DNA of 64,000 nt from Octopus vulgaris (lineage: Eukaryota), in NCBI GenBank assembly GCA_951406725.2, contig OX597820.1, positions 7,812,001-7,876,000 of the forward strand, read 5' to 3'. Position numbers and translations under genes: made by a program. Of the stretch, positions 53,344 through 64,000 are shown one piece after another. The notes below the pieces were generated by a model. The model had not been told where the DNA came from and ran no database searches. It saw only the letters and a list, made by a program, of their open reading frames with translations. The stretch's first letter is position 1; every line of letters begins with the position of its first letter.

Positions 53344-54603
53344 CAGCAACAACCATTTTGCTCTACCCCCAAACAAGTACATAAAATAAACAGGAAGTAA
53401 TGCAGCATTGAGAGCAAATGAATTAGAAGAATTATGGTGAAGAATATGAACAGCGAAGGTGAGAAGGGTCAGAATAATAAGTGCCAAAGAAGTAATTTAC
53501 CTGAACAAGTGTGGGAAGCCAAAATGGTAAACGCAGTGGCACCAAGAAAAAAGAAACAAAGAAAGGGATAAGCATAAGATTCCGAGTTTCTGATGCTGAT
53601 CTAGTATATATATAAATCACAGTATGTGTGTTTATAATGACTAACGCATGCATTTCCACAATTCTCAACCGAATTCTTACCAAACTTTACACTCCCGAGG
53701 ATGGCCATGCATTAAACATTTTGCCCGGAGCTCCCGCGTAAACGGACCTAAATGGACAGTTTTTTTTTTATGTAGGATCTTCCACACTTTTTGAATTTCT
53801 TTTATAAAAGTGAAAGGATTTAGTCTTTATTTCAACTGTCCACCGGCCACGGTAATTAAATTGACTAGGAACAGCGTATGCAATGATTATCCAATACCAA
53901 ACAAACTTAATCTCCGTAGTTAAACTTGCATTAAACTTTGGCAAGCTTACCTTTACCTATTCTGAGTTACTTGAAAGGCGATGTTCCCTTCCCTCTCTTG
54001 TATTTGTTGATACCTTTATTTACCTACCAATCCATTATGATATTTCGACTGTTGTTCATTGTTTCAAATACATTTTAGCATTGTCGTTCTATCCTTTATT
54101 AAACAATCGCATTTGATTCGTCCCTAAGAATTAACCTTTAAATAAGAGTTTTGCTTCCACTAGCGAAAGCTATACGTATCTTTCAGAAAGCTCCATACTA
54201 ATTTAACTTTATGCAGCATTCGCTGTTAGTTTATGCGCAGGCTATGTGGGAAGACAGAATAAAAGGGCTTTTGTTAGCTTATCTCGCCGAAAAAAAATAG
54301 CTCCCTTTGCTGTGGAAAAAAATAAAAACGCAAAGGGGAATTTCCAACGCCTTCCTTCAGTTTCATTACACCATTTATGTGGATGTTTCTGCCAAGAAAT
54401 TTCACTTTCATGTAAAACAACTAGATTTTGTAGTTATTATCCGTAATCTACTCCCAAAACACTTCAGTAGCTCTACTTTACATCATTAAAATGCAACGAC
54501 CTAACACATTAACCAGCCTTCAATTTGATATTTCGTTCCTAAGTTAATCGGAATTATAGATTGCCGTGCTACTCATAAACCTGCTCGGTAGTTCAATTAT
54601 TTG

Positions 54604-54999
54604 GTGGCTGTGTGGTAAGTAGCTTGCTAACCAGCCACATGGTTCCGGGTTCAGTCCCACTGCGTGGCATCTTGGGCAGGTGTCTTCTGCTATAGCCCCG
54701 GGCCGACCAATGCCTTGTGAGTGGATTTGGTAGACGGAAACTGAGAGAAGCCTGTCGTATATATGTATATATGTGTGTGTGTGTGTATGTGTTTGTCTCC
54801 CTAGAATTGCTTGACAACCGATGCTGGTGTGTTTACGTCCCCGTCACTTAGCGGTTCGGCAAAGGAGACCGATAGAATAAGTAGTGGGCTTACAAAAAAT
54901 AAGTCCCAGGGTCGATTTGCTCGACTAAAAGCGGTGCTCCAGCATGGCCGCAGTCAAATGACGGAAACAAGTAGAAGAGTAGAAGAGTAGAAGAGTAAA
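54604..54999 (+). mobile_element. SINE family B
   Basis: Family B structure with (AGAAGAGT) tail. Confidence 0.9.
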
Positions 55000-55714
55000 G
55001 CAACTTAAGCCGTCCAAAAGACGGGTGCGTTTGCTAGTTTTTAATAAGATTCTGTAGGAAGTGGAGACAATATATACAGATTCTGTGAAGGGTAAATTTA
55101 GCTTCATTCCCAACGCAAACCAAACAGTAAGACCTAAAATCTACTGGTCCAAAACCTGACTTGCAACAGCTGACAAATAAACAGCTGGACCTCGCTATGT
55201 TGCATGTGATAAAAACCTAGAATAGTCGTATTTATGATAGAGAATACTAACCTGAGGGGGTTACCCATCGCCATAGCGTTGATTGTCGTTGTTATTCCCT
55301 GTTTATATATTTACTGGTCTCTTCTTGTAAGTCTTAAGTGAATGGAATGTTTTGCTGAAGAGGTGAAATAAGAGCGAAGCATTCACTTCCTTCCTCAGTT
55401 AACATTAAAGACAACATCCATTACCATCTATATTGCTGTTATTTTCCAAAAATTTGGGGTAAAAAGCATATTGGGTTTATCATTTCTGTTTCTATCTTTA
55501 GAATTTTTAAACATAAAAGAAATGGAGATTTCATCAACTAATTGCATGGATAATATCAATTAAAACAAAAAATCAAGTCCCAATATGATATATATGGAAT
55601 TCTGCTCGCTTCCTCTCCCCCTCTCTCTCACAAACACACACTCTCTTTCTCTCTCTCTCTTTCTCTCCTCCCTCTCTCTTTTTCTCTTTCTCTCCCTCTT
55701 TCCCTCTCTCTTTC

Positions 55715-55745
<31 letters not shown>

Positions 55746-56534
55746 CTTTCTCTCTCTCTCCTCTCTATCTATTTTCTCTATCTCTCACTCTCTGCTATAA
55801 ATACGTCTGTGTATATGCGTATGTTTTATATATATATATATGCAAATATAATATATATACATATATATGTACGTATATATGCGTGCATGCATGTTTGTAT
55901 GGATGTACGTATATGTGTCAGTGTGTGCTTGTGTGTGCATGCATGTATGTATTCCTTGAACGCATTGAATTATCAACAGTGATCGAATAAATATATTCAA
56001 CCACATAATATATATATATATAATATAAATTGCATACATACATACATACTCACACACATATATACATACATACACGCACACTCAAATATACTTATAGAAA
56101 CATACACATTGCCACTTCCACGTGTTCCCGTCTCCACCAAAGTTGAGCCGTGAGTTTTCCAGTGGATTGGTTAGCACGCGCGCGTGTGTATAGATGCGAA
56201 ATCTTTAGCACCGAGAGAGAAGGAAAGAAGGCCAATTGATGCAGTAAATTCCAAGAAGTTCTGAGCGTGGTTCGTTAAAATTTTGCCGTTAGCTCTTGTT
56301 ATTCACGACCGTTCTCTGACACGAACCAAATAAGCTGACTTCTGCGAGAGGGGAATTGGTAGAAAACAGGCATGAGTCACTGTTGTCATTGTTACTTCCA
56401 TTCTGGGGCAGCAGTGGCAGGTAATTCACTTCCTACTGTAGCTCTTGAATTCTTTTGATGAGTGTGCTGTTGTGGCTTTTGTTATTCTAAATACAGATGG
56501 AGTGATTATTAGAAAGAAATGGATAAACATAGAA

Positions 56535-56875
<341 letters not shown>

Positions 56876-57234
56876 CTAGGTGGATGGTTAGTTAGAAACG
56901 AAGAAGTAGCTACCTATTTCGCTCTCTCTCTCTCTCTTTCTCTCTCTCTCATACACACGTACATAAACACAAATATTCATATATACATACGCAACGCACA
57001 CATATGTACATAGATACCCTTACACATACGTATGGGTGTGAGTGCATGCGAGTGTGTGCGCGCGTGCGTGTGGGTCTGTATGTATATAAAGCTAGTCTTT
57101 ATAAAATGATATTCATGCGATTATTCAGGAAGAAAAGACTCAATCCAGGGGCGAATTGAAATGCTATATTAAAGTCAGACAGAAATACCGACTGATTGTA
57201 ACTTCGAAGTTTCATTAAGTATGTCATTAATTGA

Positions 57235-57452
57235 TATTGGTTTCAAATTTTCGCACAAGGCGAGCAATTTCGAAGGCGGGAATGAGTCAGTTACATCGAG
57301 CACAGTGATCAATTGGTATTTATGTTATCGATCTCGAAAGGATGAAGTGCATAGTCGACCACGGCAGAATTTGAACTCAGAACGTAAATACAGACGAGAT
57401 CCCGCTAAGCAACTTGTCCGACGCGGTAACGACTCGGTCAGTTTCGCCCTCT
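57235..57452 (-). mobile_element. Degenerate SINE A-related copy
   Basis: gaaaggatgaa..gtcgacc..gaatttgaactcagaacgta. Confidence 0.65.
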
Positions 57453-57569
57453 TAACGTTACTATTGATTAGTATTAAACAAAACATGCTGACCATTTACC
57501 AATTGAGTTAGTATAACTTAACACTGCCCCTTATTTAATCACTCCCCAACCTTTGTCTTTTATTAACAC

Positions 57570-57740
57570 AGGCGCAGGAGTGGCTGTATGGTAAGTAGCT
57601 TGCTAACCAACCACATGGTTCCGGGTTCAGTCCACTGCGTGGCACCTTGGGCAAGTGTCTTCTGCTATAGCCCCGGGCCGACCAATGCCTTGTGAGTGGA
57701 TTTGGTAGACGGAAACTGAAAGAAGCCTGTCGTATATATG

Positions 57741-57779
<39 letters not shown>

Positions 57780-58017
57780 TTGTCCCCCTAGCATCGCTTG
57801 ACAACCGATGCTGGTGTGTTTACGTCACCGTCACATAGCGGTTCGGCAAAAAAAATCGATAGAATAAGTACTGGGCTTACAAAGAATAAGTCCCGGGGTC
57901 GATTTGCTCAACTAAAGGCGGTGCTCCAGCATGGCCGCAGTCAAATGACTGAAACAAGTAAAAGAGTAAAGAGTAAAGAGTAAAAGAGTAAAGAGTAAAG
58001 AGTAAAGAGTAAAGAGT
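57570..58017 (+). mobile_element. SINE family B, full length, long (AAAGAGT)n tail
   Basis: Family B structure. Confidence 0.93.
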
Positions 58018-58399
58018 ATTGTTAACGATAATTGCAATCTGTTATATTATTACCACGGTGGCTTCTCGTTGACTCATCATTTCTAAATAACTGATTCTAA
58101 AGATACCTTGAATAAGATGAACAAAATATCTTTTACTTATTTCAATGCAGAGAGAGAGAGTTGAATATTTTAACACCTGCATATCTTAAAATAACTTTTA
58201 TCTCTTACGCAGGGTTGTGTCATATCAGTTGATGCAAGGTGTACAAACTGACGTTTTTGTTACCTGCAGCGAACTTGGTAGATGTTGAGACAATGACAAT
58301 GTTTCATTAAATAACATAAAACAAAAGTTAAATGGTAAAAATTTAAACAAAAGTTTGCGGAAGTGAACACATTGGAAAATAACCGAGAATAATAATAAT

Positions 58400-58497
<98 letters not shown>

Positions 58498-58585
58498 CAA
58501 TAATAATAATAATAACAATAATAATAATAATAATAATAACAATAATAATAATTACATATATATATATAATATTAATATGATAATA

Positions 58586-58642
<57 letters not shown>

Positions 58643-58905
58643 TATGATAATAATCATGTTTATGTAAAGTAAATTTAAGTAAACTAGAAATTTAAAAAAA
58701 CAAACCGAATGTATAAGGTGTCTAACCTTGTATCATGTTGTTGAATTTTTATTGGGTATGAGAGTATGTAATCTGCTCGATTAGAACTGATAAAACATAG
58801 AGCGAGTCGTAATAAAGCTTGAGATGAGAGACGGATTTAATTATACTTAATAAATTGATGTCTTAATAGGAAATTGTTGGTTGCATATTTAATAATTAAA
58901 TAACA

Positions 58906-60730
58906 ATGATAAATGGAATGAAAATAATTAAATCTAATTTTAAACAATTACATAAATATATTAAAGCGAAAAGTCTTCTAGAATCCAAGAACCGGAGTTT
59001 ATTAGTCGCTATCGAACATATTCTTCAATCAATATATCATGACAATGTAGGTAGGAGAGATATAACAACGGAGTCAATAATCGTTGTTAGTGAAAGCAGA
59101 CTGTTGTACTTAGTAACACTGATCGCCATGGTGGAAGTATATTCTTCGTAAGAAATAATAAGATATAAAGCGTTAGAACAAATCAAATAACATAGACAAA
59201 GGTGTGGATGTGTGATCAAATTGTTGCCAATTTGGAAATAGAACAGGTTGCAAGTGTTTTCAATGTCCTAAAAAATTTGTATCGGCATCTTGAGACTAAC
59301 TTTTAATGTCAATTAAGTCGGAGGCTGGAAAATTAAATTTCAAATGTTTCTGAATCACAGAGATGACAACGCTCTTACTTGTTAGCGTGTGTTTGTGACG
59401 TATAGAATCTTCTATTTTATACTAAAAGACCTGATCTTCCAGTTCCAAATATGACACGTCAGCCTCATGCATGAAATTTGAATAGCAAGCTATCAGCTTT
59501 TCTGCTGCAGTTTTTTAAAAGTGTATACTGATCAAATAATGTTTTGTATATGAAGTTGTTAGTTTTGAACATTCAGCAATTAAATTTATAATTAAGGTGG
59601 AGTTAGTGTTGACCATTGCACATTAAAATAATTATTTAGTCATAAACTTTCCTTCGTGTAGTCAACTGCTGGAGCCTATATAATAACAGTTGTTGACTAA
59701 CTAACTTCTTTAACATACCAGATGTGAGTTCGCTAATGATTGTGAAAAATTGCGAGTGGTGGAAGGTATATAAATCTTGTGATATTTATAGTTTGGAGTG
59801 AAATGTTTCCAGAGTTTGAAAAATGCTTTGCTACTGGTGTCAATATTTTTAAGCAATATGGTGGATTATATCAAAACGCCTGGTTATGTTTAATAGTTCT
59901 CATATTAAGGTTTTGGTTTTATTTTACTTATTTGTAAACCATTTTTGCTGAACATTTCATGGTAGTGGTTGGCTATCTTGCTGAAAACCTGCTCGTTCCA
60001 ATTTAAAGTAGATAGACTTAAGACTAGATTTTTTTTTTATTGAATTGTTAATAACACTAATATAGGTATTACTATACTAATAATGGTATAGTTTGTGAAT
60101 ACACTGAAGTTTTACATTGTCGATGTTTAGTATATTGACAGTTGTGAAGGCGGCGGGCGAAATGCTTAGCGGTATTTCGTCTGTCGTTACGTTCTGAGTT
60201 CAAATTCCGCCGAGGTCGACTTTGCCTTTCATCCTTTCAGGGTCGATAAATAAAGTACCAGTTTCGCACTGGGGTCGATGTAATCGACTTAATCCGTTTG
60301 TCTGTCCTTGTTTGTCCCCTCTATGTTTAGCTCCTTGTGGGTAGTAAATAAATAGGTATTTCGTCTGCCGCTACGTTCTGAGTTCAAATTCCTCCGAGGT
60401 CGACTTTGCCTTTCATCCTTTCGGGGTCGATAAATAAAGTACCAGTTATGCACTGGGGTCGATTTAATCGACTTAATTTTGTCTGTCCTTGTTTGTATGT
60501 TTAGCTTAATTAAAGAAATATGATAAATGGAATGAATAATAAATTAAATCTAATTTTAAACGAATTAATAAATATATTAAAGCACTAGTATACATAGAAT
60601 CCAAATCTGGAGTTTATTAGTCGCTATCGAACATATTCTAACAGAAGACCATCATCTCTATATAAACCTAGAGATATAACAACGGATCAATAATCGTTGT
60701 TAGTGAAAGCAGACTGTTGTACTTAGTAAC
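58906..60730. repeat. About 210-bp direct repeat pair with patchy identity (58906-59117, 60520-60730)
   Basis: Exact blocks such as ggagtttattagtcgctatcgaacatattct alternate with unrelated blocks. Confidence 0.85.
60147..60505 (+). mobile_element. Tandem dimer of SINE family A
   Basis: Two consecutive units restarting at ggtatttcgtctg (60171, 60355). Confidence 0.88.
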
Positions 60731-61534
60731 TCAGGCAAAGCAAGACGGGACGTTATTTTACTGTTAATACAAATACTGTTGTCATTGAAGAAATATATTT
60801 ACTCGTTGCTTTATTATTATACCAATACCCGTGTACATTATGAGTATCACAGATTTCGTTGGATCGAGTGAGGCTCTAAAAATGGGGTGAGCGATTGTAG
60901 GGTTGTAGTTTTTTATACCGAATTCAAAGACACTGCGCTTTTAGGCCTGGATTCCATCAACCCATTGCAGTATTGACTTTTGATTTCAAAGAGGGTGTGA
61001 ATGACCCTCATTTTTGGATTACAGGAATCAGTTTATAGATTTTGTTTCTTATTATCCGTTACAAATTTAGGAGTTATATTTCATCAGCAATTAGAGTAAT
61101 AGTTACAATTATACGTTTATTTAAATTCCACCACACACATATACACACGCGTACATACACACACATTTTCCATACAACTATCATTCTATATATATATATA
61201 TTTGTTCGTAATTCAACTCTTCTTATAATAACCAGTAATGGATCACCATAACCAATCTTATTCGTTCTATAATACTAATGTTTATCGAAACTCCCCTACC
61301 CCACCGACTACAACTCCCAGTCTCGGTATCTATTTACAACAAACATTTCCTCGGATTCAAAAATCCATCTTTGACGAAACTTGTGACTCGTAAATAAATC
61401 AATAATTGTATATACGTTTGTTCGTTGATATGCACGTGTCTATACATCAGCATACACACATACATGCATATATATACACACATGCACACGCACACATATA
61501 CATACACACACACGCACATACATACATATCACAT

Positions 61535-61742
61535 TCAAAATGTGACCGCGTGTGTACCGTTGGCGATTTTTTCCTCCTCTTCCCTTTGGATCTTTCCTTC
61601 TCCTATGTTTCTGATGAAGAGCTCTGCTCGAAACGTTAAACTCTCCTTCTTCCCTTCTTTCCTTAACATCCAATAACACTATACTTGTCCCACGTCCTTG
61701 CGTTGTTGTATTTTTTCTTTGTGTTTTCATGTTTGGATAAAC
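61535..61742 (+). mobile_element. Family P1 HHR element, copy 3
   Basis: HHR 61607-61641 (gttt-CTGATGA-agagc tct gctc-GAAAC-GTT-aaac); ends gtttggataaac|(TA)n. Confidence 0.82.
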
Positions 61743-61761
61743 TATATATATATATATATAT

Positions 61762-62082
61762 AAGTTCAGCAAGATTTAGATTCAGATGAATATGGTACTT
61801 AAGTTAAAGGCACCAGAATTTTGTATTGTATTATCATTATAAATCAAATGGGGTGATTATAATCAAAATAAACAACAAGGATATCCAAGGTAGAGTAGTA
61901 TAATCGTTTCATGCTACTTCTTTTATTAAACACTGTAAGTATTACATCAGTTTTAAAATGGCTGAAGATTGCTCGACATTTTAAAACTGATGTAATACTT
62001 ACAGTGTTTAATCAAATGAAGTAGCATGAAACGATTGTACTACTCTACCTTGGATATCCTTGTTGCTTATTTTGATTATATA
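61762..62082 (-). mobile_element. PLE-like remnant with about 103-bp-arm fold-back and HHR
   Basis: Arms 61858-61960 and 61977-62080; HHR on plus 61959-62042 (tgg-CTGAAGA-ttgct..agcat-GAAAC-GATT-GTA-cta). Confidence 0.78.
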
Positions 62083-62106
62083 TACTGAAACTAGGTAAAT
62101 AGATTC

Positions 62107-62238
62107 TTCGAACAGGGACAGTCAGCAGCGACACCTGCTGGATCTGACTACGCTTCATTGATAAAGGGCAAATACCCTGAAACATGTCTGCAGCTGTCTG
62201 ACTGGCAGGATGAAGCAGCTGACCTCCCCTGTTCGAAG
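62107..62238 (+). ncRNA. Type I HHR motif, U3-A8 variant, on a long imperfect stem I
   Basis: gcttca-TTGATAA-aggg caaata ccct-GAAAC-AT-GTC-tgcagc (62152-62194), enclosed by ttcgaacaggg..gtcagc / gctgac..ccctgttcgaa. Confidence 0.7.
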
Positions 62239-62457
62239 GTTTATAATGGACGCAGGTTGTGTGTCAAATAGCTAGCTTTAGGCGGTGGCCTCTTGGAGAT
62301 AATCAGCGACAGCTTTAGTCTTATATTTATAAGACTGCCATATAAGTATTGCGATAACTATTAATTTCCAGTAACGCTGCCGTAATCACCTTTAGAGAGA
62401 CTTAGTAATTTTAATATTTCTATTATATATATATATATATGTATGTATGTATGTATG

Positions 62458-62489
<32 letters not shown>

Positions 62490-62795
62490 TGTATGTATGT
62501 ATGTATGTATGTACCAGTGCGTGTATTTGTAAGTCCCTGTACAGGGAAACGTGGTAACAATCTCAGAAAATCTAAGTCTTAACAACAACAATAAAGGAAT
62601 CCCAGGAATGGAAAAAGATGAAGGAGAAAAAATGAAGGAGAGCAAAAACCACAGCATTCGAGCTTTTGTTTAACGCACACATGCACACACTTAGACACGC
62701 ATACACCTACACACATAAGCAGACGTATGCTCACATATACACCCTCCACATGTATACACACACATACACACACATATTTACGTACGTATATATAT

Positions 62796-62830
62796 ATGTG
62801 TGTGTGGTGTGTGTGTGTGTGTGTGTGTGT

Positions 62831-62871
<41 letters not shown>

Positions 62872-63079
62872 TGTGTGTGTGTGTGTGTCTGTGTGTGTGT
62901 CTGTGTGTGTGTCTGTGTGTGTGTCTGTGTGTGTGTGTGTGTGTGTGTGTCTGTGTGTGTGTCTGTGTGTGTGTGTGTCTGTCTGTCTGTCTGTGTGTGT
63001 GTGTCTGTGTGTCTGTGTGTCTGCATGTGTGTGTTTGTGTGTGTGTCTGTGTCTGTGTTGTGTGTGTGTGTGTGTGTGT
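62796..63079. repeat. (GT)n/(GTCT) compound microsatellite
   Basis: Direct reading. Confidence 0.95.
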
Positions 63080-63564
63080 ACCTCATGCATACGTAAATAC
63101 TATTGCGATAGATTTAATATTAAACAATCTGCCAAGAAAAATCCCCACCAGAGCAACAAAAGGTAAAAAAGAAAAGACAAAAACATCATTAGTAACAGCA
63201 CTACTGCAAAAATGATAAACATAGTGTTGTGAACCCTCTCCTTCACTCCATCTCTTGATAACACACGTCAATAACACACTCCACCCACGACCACCACCCG
63301 CATTTGCTTAAAATCTATCAATTGTACTAAAAAAAAAAGTAGCCATGTTGAAAATAACAGTAAATCATAACGAGATAAGTGTGATTCGAACTCGAGAACC
63401 AGTGATGTATTGGTGTGTATTATTTATATCAATGTTCAGATCGATAATATTGGTTTCGATATTTTATCTTGGAATGAATATTTTTTCTTGATTCCACGCT
63501 GGAAAGTAGTCTATCTTCGGACGATAAGAAATAAAAGAGAAATTCATAACATACGTCCAAATGT

Positions 63565-63614
<50 letters not shown>

Positions 63615-63654
63615 ATGTATAATTGTTTGCATTATGTATGTGTGTATATATGTG

Positions 63655-63721
<67 letters not shown>

Positions 63722-64000
63722 TTCATATATGTGTATGTATATACATATATTTATGTACATATATACGCATATATATATATATGTATGTATAGTTTGTAGT
63801 GATATACATGTGTGTGTGTGTGTGCGCGTGTGTATGTATGGATTTATGCATGTGTGTATGTAGAGTGAATGAAAGAAATCAATGAAAGAAGAAATTAGAG
63901 AAAGAGGTAAAAAAAAGCGAATGGAAAGAGATAGAATTTTGTTTTATTTCACATTTTCACTGAAATATATTTTACAAAATATTTTCATTTAACAAAATCC

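Noticed and set aside
58906-60730. Diversity-generating retroelement TR/VR pair or LTR pair
   Set aside because: Mismatches are not A-specific, there is no RT nearby, and no TG...CA termini, PBS or PPT.

Overview
AT-rich, microsatellite-saturated eukaryotic DNA with no supportable host protein-coding exon. Nearly all ORFs in the track are microsatellite artefacts. The repeat landscape (three abundant tRNA-derived SINE families; decayed HERO, R4/Dong, RTE and CR1-like LINEs; Tc1/mariner, Tigger, Helitrons; very long (TA)n/(GT)n/(AAT)n runs) points to an octopus-type cephalopod intergenic or intronic region (inference from recalled repeat families, no search run). The strongest hidden signal is about 18 type I hammerhead-ribozyme (HHR) motifs in short Penelope-like element (PLE) remnants of many sequence families. 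They sit mostly in (TA)n runs, often as fold-back palindromes whose turn lies at the ribozyme. They include compensatory G3-C8 and U3-A8 core variants, a tRNA-headed SINE carrying an HHR, and a decayed PLE GIY-YIG ORF with an HHR downstream. Also found: a composite Helitron that captured about 0.9 kb, a mariner<SINE<Tc1 nest, a SINE head with three alternative tails, and a 38-bp minisatellite apparently inserted in a Tigger TIR. Coordinates were read by eye and may be off by a few bases. Folds were worked out by hand.
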